DNA of 61,511 bases, the filler included, from Pseudomonadota bacterium (GTDB lineage: Bacteria > Desulfobacterota > Desulfobacteria > Desulfobacterales > JBDRRP01): assembly GCA_043825735.1 (NCBI GenBank). It is 4 parts of 4 records of this genome, joined end to end, with 100 filler letters (N's around TTAATTAATTAA, not from the genome) between each part and the next. Parts side by side here need not be neighbours in the genome. Positions count along the whole stretch, not along the records: positions 16,604 to 39,721 come from JBDRRP010000131.1; 3 more parts are not named here. One strand, 5' to 3'. Shown piece by piece: positions 20,602 through 30,385 of the stretch. Every line of letters begins with the position of its first letter. The stretch's first letter is position 1. The notes below the pieces were generated by a model. It did not search any database. It was not told the DNA's origin and saw nothing but the letters and a program-made list of their open reading frames with translations. Both the position numbers and the translations under genes were made by a program.

Positions 20602-21207
20602 ATGGATATTGTTTTAAGCGACCTGGAAGGTGTTTTTGTACCTGAAATCTGGATCAATGTGGCAGAGCGCACCGGCATCGACGATCTGCGCCTGACGACC
20701 CGCGATATTTCCGACTACGATGTCCTCATGAAGCGGCGCCTGGGCATTCTGGCCGAAAATGGACTCAAGCTGAAAGACATCACCGATGTCATCGCCGGCA
20801 TGTCGCCCCTGGACGGCGCCCTGGAGTTTCTCAGCTGGCTCAGGAGCCGGGTACCGGTGATCGTCGTCTCCGACACCTTTTCCCAGTTTGCCGGCCCCCT
20901 CATGGAAAAACTCGGCCGGCCCGCGCTCCTTTGCCACACACTCGATATCGCTGCAGACGGGACCGTGGCAGGCTATCGCCTGAGGCAGGTCGAGGCCAAG
21001 CGTCATGCCGTGGAGGCGATGAAAGGGCTCAACTACCGCACCATCGCCATGGGCGATTCCTACAACGACATCGGCATGCTGACTGCCGCCCACGAAGGCA
21101 TTCTCTTTAGGCCACCGCAAAACGTCGTCGCGGAATTTCCTCAATTTCCTGTCACACAAACCTACGCCGAGCTGAAAACCCGCTTGGAAAAGATACTTAA
21201 GGATTAA
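20602..21207 (+). CDS. thrH: Phosphoserine phosphatase / homoserine phosphotransferase
   Basis: DLEGVFVPEIW, TTRDISDYDVLM, GDSYND HAD motifs; true start is ATG 20602 inside the longer ORF. Confidence 0.93.
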   Translation: MDIVLSDLEGVFVPEIWINVAERTGIDDLRLTTRDISDYDVLMKRRLGILAENGLKLKDITDVIAGMSPLDGALEFLSWLRSRVPVIVVSDTFSQFAGPLMEKLGRPALLCHTLDIAADGTVAGYRLRQVEAKRHAVEAMKGLNYRTIAMGDSYNDIGMLTAAHEGILFRPPQNVVAEFPQFPVTQTYAELKTRLEKILKD

Positions 21208-21211
21208 CCCA

Positions 21212-22684
21212 ATGACACTGGATATCAATCGTTTTCCCGCCTGCCGCGCGCTGGTGGTGGGTGATCTCATGGTCGACGAATATGTGTGGGGCGAGGTCAA
21301 CCGGATCTCTCCGGAAGCGCCGGTTCCGGTGGTCAACGTCACCCGGGAGGAATACACGTTAGGCGGCTCTGGCAACGTCATCAACAATCTGGTTGCCATG
21401 GGCGCCCGGGTAGCGGCTGCCGGTGTGGTCGGCGACGACGCCCACGGACGGCGTCTGCTGGAGCAGCTCACCGTCATGAATGTTGACACGGCCGGCGTGG
21501 TGCGCTGCATGGATCGGCCCACCATTCAAAAAACCCGCATCATGAGCGGCAGTCAGCACGTGCTGCGCATCGATCGGGAAAACACCGCGACGATCCCCGC
21601 CTCGGTGCTCAACCAAATCGCTACCGCCGTGGAAGCCCGGCTGCCCTTGACCAATGTCATGATCATCTCCGACTACGGCAAAGGACTCATGGCCCCGTCC
21701 CTGCTCAAACGGCTTATCGCAGCAGCCCGGGCCCGGAGCATCCGGATTATCGTTGACCCCAAGGGCCCGGACTTCTCCCACTACGCGGGCGCCTCACTGG
21801 TGACCCCGAATCTCAAGGAAGCCGCCCTGTCCACTGGGATTCCCACCACCGACCGCAACGGTGTGGCCGCGGCCGGAAAGAAACTCCTCGCCGAGGCCGG
21901 CATTGAAAATGTGCTCATCACCTGCGGCAAAGACGGTATGCTGCTGTTTAGGCCAGGGGAGGAACCGCTGCACATCCCGGCAGAAACCCGGCAGGTGTTC
22001 GACGTCTCCGGCGCCGGTGATACGGTGGTGGCCACCCTGGCAGCGGCGCTCGCCACCGGCGCCGATTACAAGGAGGCCGCGGCCGTGGCCAATACCGCCG
22101 CCGGCATCGTGGTGGGAAAGATCGGCACGGCCACCGTGAGCCTGGACGAACTCAAGGGAGCGCTGCTTCCCGGCATCGGCATCCCCGGTCGTGAGGCCAG
22201 CAAGATCGTGACCCTGGAGGAACTGCCGGCCCTGGCCGCGCGCCTGCGTCGCCAGCAGCGCACCATCGTGCTCACCAACGGCTGTTTCGACCTGATCCAT
22301 GCCGGCCACCTGCACCTTTTGTCCACCTCCCGCAATCTGGGCGATGTGCTCATCGTGGCCATCGACGACGATGCCTCGGTGAGGGCCGTCAAAGGGCCCG
22401 GACGCCCCATCATCAAAGCAAAGACGCGGCTGAGCACCCTTGCGGCCTTGGAGAGCGTCGACTACGTGGTGATGTTTCCCAGCGAGCGGCTCACTGACGT
22501 CATCGATGCGGTGCGCCCCGATACGCTCACCAAGGGCGCCAATTACTCCGAAGACGATGTGGTGGGCCGCGAGGCCGTTGAGCGCCATGGGGGCATCGTG
22601 AGACTGGTGCCCATCAGTGAAGCGCTGTCAGCCACCCAGATCATCGACCAGATCAAGCAGTCGGCCGTAAAGAGCGATGATTGA
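21212..22684 (+). CDS. hldE: Bifunctional heptose 7-phosphate kinase / heptose 1-phosphate adenylyltransferase
   Basis: RISPEAPVPV, SDYGKG, DVSGAGDTV, TNGCFDLIHAGH. Confidence 0.95.
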   Translation: MTLDINRFPACRALVVGDLMVDEYVWGEVNRISPEAPVPVVNVTREEYTLGGSGNVINNLVAMGARVAAAGVVGDDAHGRRLLEQLTVMNVDTAGVVRCMDRPTIQKTRIMSGSQHVLRIDRENTATIPASVLNQIATAVEARLPLTNVMIISDYGKGLMAPSLLKRLIAAARARSIRIIVDPKGPDFSHYAGASLVTPNLKEAALSTGIPTTDRNGVAAAGKKLLAEAGIENVLITCGKDGMLLFRPGEEPLHIPAETRQVFDVSGAGDTVVATLAAALATGADYKEAAAVANTAAGIVVGKIGTATVSLDELKGALLPGIGIPGREASKIVTLEELPALAARLRRQQRTIVLTNGCFDLIHAGHLHLLSTSRNLGDVLIVAIDDDASVRAVKGPGRPIIKAKTRLSTLAALESVDYVVMFPSERLTDVIDAVRPDTLTKGANYSEDDVVGREAVERHGGIVRLVPISEALSATQIIDQIKQSAVKSDD

Positions 22685-22991
22685 GCACGCCGACGGCGGC
22701 CTGCTGTTCACCGTCACCGTCCAGCCCCGCGCCAGCAAAAACGCCGTGGCGGGCCGCCACGGCGACACCTTGAAAATCAGACTCACCGCCCCGCCGGTCG
22801 ACGGCGCCGCCAACAAGGCCTGCATTGCCTTTCTGGCCAAGCAACTGGGCGTGGCCAAATCAGCCCTTGAAATCGTCTCGGGCCACACCAGCCGCACCAA
22901 ACGCATTTTGTGCCGCTGCCGGCCGGCGTCAGCAGCAAAAGGCGGCTGTCTGAAAGTAGCGGCCGCACTCAATGCCCTGTTTGCAACCTAA
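22677..22991 (+). CDS. DUF167 (YggU/UPF0235) protein
   Basis: VQPRASKN, APPVDGAAN, SGHTSRTK. Confidence 0.9.
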   Translation: MIEHADGGLLFTVTVQPRASKNAVAGRHGDTLKIRLTAPPVDGAANKACIAFLAKQLGVAKSALEIVSGHTSRTKRILCRCRPASAAKGGCLKVAAALNALFAT

Positions 22992-23008
22992 GAATTCCTT
23001 AAATATTC

Positions 23009-23037
23009 TTGACATCATCGAGCCCCTGAATTACATT
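23009..23037 (+). promoter_or_regulatory. Sigma70-type promoter of tRNA gene
   Basis: TTGACA-17 bp-TACATT ending 15 bp before the tRNA. Confidence 0.7.
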
Positions 23038-23051
23038 CCCTGCTTACCTGA

Positions 23052-23128
<77 letters not shown>

Positions 23129-23136
23129 AAAATTTC

Positions 23137-23170
23137 AAGCCCTTACGGTTTCACGCCGTAAGGGCTTTTT
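23137..23170 (+). terminator. Intrinsic terminator after tRNA
   Basis: AAGCCCTTACGG-loop-CCGTAAGGGCTT followed by T run. Confidence 0.85.
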
Positions 23171-23270
23171 AATTGTTCCAACCGTATTTCCAACTCGCAG
23201 GCCGTTTTTTGCCCCTTTTTATTCTTCCCTTTGGGCCGTTGTTTTTTCCGCGACTGCCTGCCCGCCATAG

Positions 23271-23430
23271 ATAGTGCCCATCCATAAATACCCCTCCCCT
23301 TGCGGGAGGGGCCTGGGGAGGGGGTGGGCCGTTCTACAACTCTCTCTTGTTCTCGGTGGGTTGTCACCCTCACCCCAGCCCTCTCCCAAAAAGGAGAGGG
23401 CGCAAGAGGCCTCCCATGGATGGACACTAT
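23271..23430. mobile_element. 160-bp MITE-like element
   Basis: 15-bp terminal inverted repeats ATAGTGCCCATCCAT / ATGGATGGACACTAT (1 mismatch) enclosing two CCCTC-type hairpins. Confidence 0.7.
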
Positions 23431-23787
23431 CTATTTATAGCGAAGGAGGGTCCTCTGTCATCTGCCGTCTGCCGTCTGCCGTCTGCCGTTCCCCACTGAC
23501 TACGCAGGTAGTCAACCCCTTGTTTTAAGCGCAATTTTCAAGTTGACGGGAACGTCATAAGCGCGCATAATCCCAACGCTTTTCAGTCATCACCGAATTT
23601 TGTTGAATGAAGTTCTTTTGGCGGTTCTTGGTTGTTCGCTCTTGGCTCTTTGGCATCTGTGTTTCTGTCGTCTGCCATCTGTCAGTTCCCGGCCACCGGC
23701 CGCTTTTCAAACATCTGTGAAATCTGCGTCACTTGTCCGCCGTAGCTATTTATAGCGGAGGAGGATCATCTGATCTCTGGCAGTTTC

Positions 23788-24049
23788 GCGGCCCCCGGCC
23801 GCCAATATCCTGTTCATCCTGTTCATCCTGTCCAATAAGCAGTTGCAGTTAATGTTTTCCGGCCGCCCTGTCCGCCGAAGCCTTGGTGAAAGAAGAAGGC
23901 CGTCAATAATCGCTTTTTCGCCGTTAATCTGTGAAAACCTGTGTAATCTGTGGATCAAACGGGTTTTATGGTTTTTGCAGTCTGGCGGAAGGCCGCCCAC
24001 ATAGCAGCCGTTGGAAGGCCGGTTTCGGGTGTGAAATGGGCCATTTAAG
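23788..24049 (+). repeat. Direct repeat A, copy 1
   Basis: Aligns along its length, apart from one variable internal segment, with 24905-25183. Confidence 0.9.
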
Positions 24050-24060
24050 GGGAGAGCCTC

Positions 24061-24885
24061 ATGATGGAGCAATTGATTGCAGACCCGCGGAAATTCATCA
24101 CCACCATTGAAGTCGTCCCCCCGGTGGGCTCCGATCCCGGACCGCTGCTCGACCGGCTGGGTTCCCTGTCCAACGTGACTTTCGACGGATTCAGTGTGGC
24201 CACCAACCCCGTGGCCAAGCCCCGGATGAGCGCCATGGCCCTTTGCCACCTGATCCAGCAGCGCCTGAACCGTCCGGCCATCCTCCATTGCACCATCCGT
24301 GATCACAACAAAATCGCGGTGCAGGGAGAGCTTTGGGGGGCAAAAGCGCTGGAGCTGGAAACAGTGCTGGTGGCTACGGGCGATACCGTGTCTTTGGCCG
24401 ACAAGGGCATTGTGTCCCATGTGGGGGATGTGAACGTGTACGACCTGATCACAATGGCCCGGGAAGCCGGTCTGTGCACCGGTGTGGTGCTCGATACCCA
24501 TCCGGAAACCAACGGCTTGGCGCGTCAGGTCAAGCGCCTCGAGCGAAAGGTCACCGCCGGGGCCCAATACGCGGTGACCCAGCCGGTGTATGACGAGGAA
24601 AGTGTCCGCATCCTTCACGACGCGGTCAAGGATCTGGGCATCCCGGTGATTTTAGGTATCCTGCCCTTGAGAACCTTCAAGCATGCCGTGTTTCTCCATG
24701 AAAAAGTGGCGGGAATCGCCGTGCCCAAGACGGTAAGAGACCGTATGGAAAAGGCCACGGACCCTGTCGCCGAAGGCGTTGCCAATGCCAAAGAGATTTA
24801 CGCCATGGCCAAGGATCTGTTCAAGGGGGCCTGCATCATGCCGCCCTTTGATCATTTTGAAGTGATGGGTGATATCATCGGTTGA
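24061..24885 (+). CDS. Methylenetetrahydrofolate reductase family protein (MetF-like)
   Basis: IEVVPP, LHCTIRDHN, VATGD, KVTAGAQYAVTQPVYD, ILGILPL motifs. Confidence 0.85.
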   Translation: MMEQLIADPRKFITTIEVVPPVGSDPGPLLDRLGSLSNVTFDGFSVATNPVAKPRMSAMALCHLIQQRLNRPAILHCTIRDHNKIAVQGELWGAKALELETVLVATGDTVSLADKGIVSHVGDVNVYDLITMAREAGLCTGVVLDTHPETNGLARQVKRLERKVTAGAQYAVTQPVYDEESVRILHDAVKDLGIPVILGILPLRTFKHAVFLHEKVAGIAVPKTVRDRMEKATDPVAEGVANAKEIYAMAKDLFKGACIMPPFDHFEVMGDIIG

Positions 24886-24904
24886 GGCTTTTGCAGTTGG
24901 TGTT

Positions 24905-25183
24905 GCGGCCACCGGCCGCCAAGATCATGTTGATCCTGTTAATCCTGTCTAATATGCAGTTGCCGTTAATATTTTCCGGCCGCCCTGTCCGCCGAAGCCT
25001 TGGCGAAGGAGGAAGGCCGCTAACCTTTTTGCCTTTAGTCTTTTAAGCCGTGTAGGCGCAATCTGTGAAAATCCGTGTAATCTGTGGATCATAGGGGTTT
25101 TATGGTTTTTGCAGTCTGGCGGAAAGCCGCCCACTTGGCAGCCGTTAGAAGGCCGGTTTCAGGGGTAAAATGGGCGGTTTAAG
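24905..25183 (+). repeat. Direct repeat A, copy 2
   Basis: Imperfect copy of 23788-24049. Confidence 0.9.
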
Positions 25184-25228
25184 ACAAAAATTCAGGTGCA
25201 AATTTGGAATTTTATCATTGATATTTGC

Positions 25229-25286
25229 CAGATAGCGTGGTCCGGCCTCGAGTCGTGCAGATAGCGTGGTCCGGCCTCGAGTCGTG
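25229..25286 (+). repeat. 29-bp perfect tandem duplication
   Basis: CAGATAGCGTGGTCCGGCCTCGAGTCGTG twice. Confidence 0.95.
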
Positions 25287-25371
25287 ATCTTTTCAATAAA
25301 ATTCACCGAAATTTTGTTTATTTGCCAATTAATATACAGTACGGTATATATTATTTTCAGATAAATACATT

Positions 25372-26826
25372 TTGGAGTCGCATTTGAAGGATTTTCTGGA
25401 CCGCAGCGAGATCATCAATGTGCTCACCGGGTTCAACCCGTGGTGGAGTGAACGCGCGTGGTCGGTCCCTCCGTTTCGCCGGTTGGCCTTCGACGCCTGC
25501 CGGCGGTATCTAAAAGACACCAGCCTGCGCAGGGCCGTGCTCCTGTCGGGTCCACGCCGGGTTGGCAAAACCACGGTGCTCCAGCAGATGGCCCGGGAAT
25601 TGGTCCAAAAAGGCGACGATCCTAAAAGCATCCTTTACCTGAGCCTGGATCATCCGCTGCTGAAACTGTTGTCGCTGCGGGAGATACTGTCGCTTTTTCA
25701 TGAGAGCACCCACCCCGACGGCCTGCCGGCCACCCTGCTCCTCGATGAGATCCAGTACGCCCGTGAGTGGGAAACCGAGGTCAAACTGCTCATCGACCAC
25801 AAGCCCCAGTACCGCATCCTGGCCACCGGCTCCGCATCCGTGGTCCACCGGGAGCGCCTGGCCGAAAGCGGCGTCGGCCGCTGGATCACCGTGCCGATCC
25901 CCACGCTCTCTTTTTTCGAGTTTGTCAGCATGCGCGAGCAGCGCCCTGAGGGGATTTCCGCTGATCTGCGCGTCAGCGGTCTATTCACCTTCTCTACCGG
26001 TGATCTGTCCGCCCTGGCCGCCCGGATGCGGCCACTGCAGCCGCTGTTTCAACGCTACCTTCTGGTCGGCGGATTTCCTGAAACCGCCAATCAGGAAAAC
26101 ATCGACCTTTGCCAGCGGCTGCTGCGTGAAGATGTCGTCGAGCGGGTGTTGAAACGGGACATGACCGCCCTTTTCGGTGTGCGCAACATCAACGAACTGG
26201 AAACGCTTTTCATTTACCTGTGCCTTCATTCCGGCGGCATCCTCGCACACCAGGCCTGCGGCAGGGCGCTGGGCACCACGACCACCACGGTGGCCAACCA
26301 CCTGAGCCTGCTGGAACAGGCCAACCTCGTTTATCGACTGCCGCCCTCCGGACTGGGCGGGAAACAGGTGCTCAAGGCCCGAAACAAATACTACCTGGTG
26401 GACGCGGCCCTTAGAAATGCCGTTTTGCTGAAGGGAGAGGAGATTTTTTCCAACCCCGGGGAAATGGGCACCATCGTCGAAACCACGGTGCTGCGCCATC
26501 TGTTCGCCTACTACTACCGAGACACACCGGAAATCGTCTACTGGCGGGATGCCGCCACCCAGAAGGAAGTGGACATCATCGTGCGCAGCCCGGCCTATGT
26601 GCTGCCGTTCGAGGTCAAATACCGGTCCAATCCGACACTGGACAAGAAAAGCGGCCTCGGCATCTACTGCGGCTCGGAACACCCCAAACAGGGATACCTT
26701 GTCACCCAACGGGATGCGGATTTTGCGCTGACGCGAGTGAAAGACATCGAGACGACATTTCTGAAAATCCCGGCCTATATCCTGTGCTACCTGCTGGGAC
26801 AGTCGGAGCGCCTGCTCTGGGGGTGA
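25372..26826 (+). CDS. AAA_14 ATPase with DUF4143 domain
   Basis: GPRRVGKT Walker A, LLDEIQ Walker B, YLLVGGFPE, KYYLVD, YWR...EVDII...FEVK. Confidence 0.88.
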   Translation: MESHLKDFLDRSEIINVLTGFNPWWSERAWSVPPFRRLAFDACRRYLKDTSLRRAVLLSGPRRVGKTTVLQQMARELVQKGDDPKSILYLSLDHPLLKLLSLREILSLFHESTHPDGLPATLLLDEIQYAREWETEVKLLIDHKPQYRILATGSASVVHRERLAESGVGRWITVPIPTLSFFEFVSMREQRPEGISADLRVSGLFTFSTGDLSALAARMRPLQPLFQRYLLVGGFPETANQENIDLCQRLLREDVVERVLKRDMTALFGVRNINELETLFIYLCLHSGGILAHQACGRALGTTTTTVANHLSLLEQANLVYRLPPSGLGGKQVLKARNKYYLVDAALRNAVLLKGEEIFSNPGEMGTIVETTVLRHLFAYYYRDTPEIVYWRDAATQKEVDIIVRSPAYVLPFEVKYRSNPTLDKKSGLGIYCGSEHPKQGYLVTQRDADFALTRVKDIETTFLKIPAYILCYLLGQSERLLWG

Positions 26827-26947
26827 TGGCGCGCCGGTGTTGGCAATCCCTGGAAGATAGCAAGTATGGCAATCAATCCTTGCGCGCCGCCCCATCTACC
26901 TTGAAATCTCGGTTGGCATAACAGATATTTCAATATATTTTCTCCTC

Positions 26948-27465
26948 ATGATTCAACGCGTGAAAGAGATAGAAGCCATTAAATACCGGATGGATGCGTA
27001 TTCCGGGCCATGCCGGCCACCGATACCGGCTGAAGCCGGCGACTGATTCCGGACGAAAGCGGCCACCCATTCCGGTCCAAAGCGGCCGCCCTGTGAGGGG
27101 TGACGAACTGAGCTGATAGCAACGCTGGTTAACCTTTCAAACAGGCGGTAAATGGCTACCTCAATAACTTTTTTATTGAGAAGGAGCCATGCCGACAAAA
27201 GTGTTATTTCTGGAGAACGCACGCCGGCGCAGAACTGGATTTACTCGCCGTTCGCGGCCAAACGCGCCTGGGATTTGAAATCAAGCGATCAGTCGCGCCG
27301 AAAATCAAACCGTCCATGCGAAGCGCCGTCACCGATCTGGGCCTCGCCCGTCTGGACGTCATCCATGCCGGCGACCGCACTTACCCAATGGCGAAAACCA
27401 TCAGAGCCGTCGCCGCTGCGCAAATTCTCACCGAAATCCCACCGCTGGACGCTGTTGAAGGATAG
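26948..27465 (+). pseudogene. Disrupted AAA-DUF4143 ATPase (N-terminal stub plus C-terminal 87 codons)
   Basis: MIQRVKEIEAIKYRMD at 26948; frame 27202-27465 reads CYFWRTHAGAELDLL...GFEIKRS...DLGLARLDVIHAG, a DUF4143 C-terminus not in the ORF track. Confidence 0.75.
26995..27201 (+). mobile_element. IS21-family left-end remnant
   Basis: TGCGTATTCCG terminus, repeated GCCGGCCACC/GCGGCCACC..TTCCG sites, AAGGAG RBS and ATG CCG ACA AAA (istA-like start) cut off at about 27201. Confidence 0.7.
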
Positions 27466-27539
27466 ACCTCAGGAACTTTTGGCTCGAGGTGCTGCTGTCC
27501 CCCGGCCCATACCGACCGCAATCCGATGCCCTTCGGGCA

Positions 27540-27659
27540 GGTGCACGGTGAGCACCGAAGGCGCGTTCGGCCGCCTGCGGCGGCGTTCCAGGTTCCAAGT
27601 TCAGGGTCCAAAGGTTGCAGTATCGGTGTGTCTGTCATCTGCCTGCCCGGCGTCTTGTC
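27540..27659 (+). repeat. Direct repeat D, copy 1
   Basis: AAGGCGCGTTCG.GCCGCCTGCGGCGGCGTTC...GTTCCAAGTTCA...ATCGGT...CTGCCCG.CGTCTTGTC shared with 29151-29342. Confidence 0.8.
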
Positions 27660-27739
27660 CTGCATTGCGCAGCGACGCGGGAAGCCTTTAGCCGAAACCT
27701 GAAGCCCTCTGGGCAACCTGTCCGCCATTTTATCCGCCA

Positions 27740-27841
27740 AAGCGTAGCGACGGTGGAAGCGTAGCGGCGGCGGAAGCGTAGCGACGGTGGAAGCGTAGCG
27801 GCGGCGGAAGCGTAGCGGCGGCGGAAGCGTAGCGACGGTGG
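27740..27841 (+). repeat. 17-bp tandem repeat x6
   Basis: AAGCGTAGCG(A/G)CGG(T/C)GG, two variants, no spacers. Confidence 0.95.
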
Positions 27842-27961
27842 AAGGCGGAAGCAGGGTCATCCGCATTCCAGACACTTCATAATACGCGCCTTGACAACAG
27901 CACAGTCAATTGAGTAATTTAACTCATAATACTGAGTAATTTGTTTTAAGGTGACCAAAAT

Positions 27962-29149
27962 ATGTACAACCGGCCGATTTTAAACAAACTTATAGACCGC
28001 CTTCATGAACCCCGAAAGTTCATTCAGGCGCTCTCCGGCCCACGGCAGTCCGGCAAAACCACGCTGGCCCGGCAGGCGATCGACGCGCTGAGCGCCCCTG
28101 CGCATTACGCCTCGGCTGACGAACCCGCGCTCAAAGGGATGCACTGGATCGAGCAGCAGTGGGAGGCGGCCCGCTTCAATATGCGCCGGGAGTCATCGGC
28201 CGAGGGCATACTGGTGCTTGATGAAATCCAGAAAATGCCCGGCTGGTCCGAAACCGTCAAACGGCTGTGGGATGAAGACACCGCCGAGGGGTGCCCCCTG
28301 AAAGTGGTCATTCTCGGCTCAGCCCCGATGCTGATCAACCAGGGCCTCACGGAAAGTCTTGCCGGCCGCTTCGAAATCCTTTACGTCACGCATTGGTCCT
28401 ATCCGGAAATGCGTGACGCCTTCGGTTTCGATCTGGAGCGTTTCATCTACTACGGCGGATATCCGGGGGCGGCGCCGCTGGCCTCAGACCGTGATCGGTG
28501 GGCACGCTATATCCTCGAGTCCCTGATCGAAACCACCATCTCCAGGGATGTGCTGCTGCTCACCCGAATCGACAAACCCGCCCTCTTGAGGCAGCTCTTT
28601 GAACTCGGATGCACGCATTCGGCCCAGGTGTTGTCCTATCAGAAAATGCTGGGCCAGCTTCAGGACGCCGGCAATACAACTACGCTGGCCCACTACCTGC
28701 GTCTTTTGGACGGCGCCGGTATGCTTGCCGGGTTGCCGAAGTTTTCAGGCAGTGTGGTGCGACGGCGGGCGTCCAGCCCGAAGCTGCTGGCCCTCAACAC
28801 TGCGCTCTTTTCCGCCATGCAGCCGCTTTCCTTTGAAAACCTCCGCCGATCGCCTGATGCCTGGGGCCGCCTGGTGGAAACGGCCGTCGGCGCGCATCTG
28901 TACAATCGCAGCATTGGGTCATCCATCGCGCTTCACTACTGGATCGATCGCAACCGGGAACTTGACTTTGTGGCGACGCGTGGCAGCGAGACCATTGCCA
29001 TTGAAGTCAAAACCACCGCCGGCAAGGTGCGCCTACCCGGTATCGACGCCTTCGCCGCCAGTTTCCCGGTCACGAGAAAGCATTTGATCGGCCCCCAGGG
29101 TATCCCTTTCGAAGCGTTTTTTGCCGCTCCGGTGGAATCGCTGTTTTGA
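27962..29149 (+). CDS. AAA_14 ATPase with DUF4143 domain
   Basis: GPRQSGKT, VLDEIQK, ESLAGRF, YGGYPG, SSPK, ELDFV...IEVK. Confidence 0.9.
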   Translation: MYNRPILNKLIDRLHEPRKFIQALSGPRQSGKTTLARQAIDALSAPAHYASADEPALKGMHWIEQQWEAARFNMRRESSAEGILVLDEIQKMPGWSETVKRLWDEDTAEGCPLKVVILGSAPMLINQGLTESLAGRFEILYVTHWSYPEMRDAFGFDLERFIYYGGYPGAAPLASDRDRWARYILESLIETTISRDVLLLTRIDKPALLRQLFELGCTHSAQVLSYQKMLGQLQDAGNTTTLAHYLRLLDGAGMLAGLPKFSGSVVRRRASSPKLLALNTALFSAMQPLSFENLRRSPDAWGRLVETAVGAHLYNRSIGSSIALHYWIDRNRELDFVATRGSETIAIEVKTTAGKVRLPGIDAFAASFPVTRKHLIGPQGIPFEAFFAAPVESLF

Positions 29150-29150
29150 C

Positions 29151-29342
29151 GGTACACGGTTGGCGCCAAAGGCGCGTTCGTGCCGCCTGCGGCGGCGTTC
29201 TGGCGACCGGAGGTCGCGTTCCAGGTTCCAGGTTTGGCGCCTGCGGCGCGTTGGGCCGCTGCGCGGCGTTCAAGGTTCCAAGTTCAAGGTTCAAAGATGG
29301 TACCATCGGTATTTCTGTCGTCTGTCTGCCCGCCGTCTTGTC
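29151..29342 (+). repeat. Direct repeat D, copy 2 (with internal expansion)
   Basis: Imperfect copy of 27540-27659 with about 70 extra internal bases. Confidence 0.8.
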
Positions 29343-29428
29343 GGGCGTAGCTCGCAGAGCGACCTGTGCGGCGTAGCCCTTGGGGCGAAGACGTAAGACG
29401 GAAGCTTTTTTTGCGAAGGCAGTGAGAA

Positions 29429-29532
29429 TTGGGCTCGGACCAAGCCACCCTCTTAGCATTCCTCCAATAATCCCGAAAACACCCCCTCAAAATTGCCTTA
29501 AAACGCACTTTTCGGGGGCAAAATTGGCGGTT
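29429..29532 (+). repeat. Repeat family B copy
   Basis: 104-bp imperfect direct repeat of 30274-30377. Confidence 0.9.
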
Positions 29533-29571
29533 TAAGGGAAAGAGAGATGGCGGGCGCCATTAAGGCTGGTT

Positions 29572-29865
29572 TTACACCCGCTCTTTCCAGTAGCCGGGTT
29601 CGCGATGCAGATGCATGACAGCGACGACGACCATGAAATCGTCCTGGACGCGGAACAAAATTCCGTATGGGAAGATTCTCGTGATGCAGCGCCGGACAGT
29701 GCCCTCGACTTTGGGGTACGATTCAGGATTGATCTGAATCCTATTGAGGGCCTCCCTGACAGATGATAAAAAACGCTTTCCGAGGTTCAACTGCTGGTTT
29801 TCGTAGTAGGCTGCGGCCGCAATCATCTCGGCCTCCGCATCGGGATGGAAACGAATTGGCTTCAT
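29572..29865 (-). CDS. RelE/ParE family toxin
   Basis: FHPDAEAEM...YYE...LGKRF, FPYGILF, VAVMHLHREPGYW. Confidence 0.9.
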   Translation of the reverse strand: MKPIRFHPDAEAEMIAAAAYYENQQLNLGKRFLSSVREALNRIQINPESYPKVEGTVRRCITRIFPYGILFRVQDDFMVVVAVMHLHREPGYWKERV

Positions 29866-30092
29866 TTTATCGATGCATAGGCCCGATTGAAAACTTCCTC
29901 GGTTTCACGCAATTCAACTGCTTCGGTATCTATCTCACGACACCGCCTGAGGACAACCTCCCTCCAGGCCTCAGAAAGACCCGTCGGTTGGTCGGCATCA
30001 AGACTTTCGATTAGCTTTTCAGCAACGTAAGCACGCGCCGTCTGGGGCAATCCCAAGGCTTCGGTCAGTATTTTTTCGGTATTAGCCGCCAT
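29862..30092 (-). CDS. Addiction module antitoxin
   Basis: EALGLP...LIESLD...AWREVVLRR pattern; 4-bp overlap with toxin start. Confidence 0.85.
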   Translation of the reverse strand: MAANTEKILTEALGLPQTARAYVAEKLIESLDADQPTGLSEAWREVVLRRCREIDTEAVELRETEEVFNRAYASIK

Positions 30093-30273
30093 ATTGGTCA
30101 TCCCCCTTCTCGTGATTATCGAAAGCCCCGATAAGCATGGCGCCTGTTCTATTCAAAAGCGCCATTTTTTTCCTGAAGTCCCCAATAATCATTTTAAAAA
30201 ATCTTAATACACATCGATATGGAATTCAATTGTTTGAGCGGCGGAAAATATGATTTGTGATTTGGGGTGTGAT

Positions 30274-30377
30274 TTGGGGTCGGGCCACGCTACCCGCTTA
30301 GCATTCCATTAATAATCCCGAAAATACCCCCTCAAAATTGCCTTAAAAAGCACTTTTTTGGGGAGAAAATGCCGGTT
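30274..30377 (+). repeat. Repeat family B copy
   Basis: Direct repeat of 29429-29532. Confidence 0.9.
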
Positions 30378-30385
30378 GCGATCCG

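Noticed and set aside
27740..27841. Possible CRISPR array (also 34084-34171 and 25229-25286)
   Set aside because: Head-to-tail repeats with no unique spacers; no cas genes.
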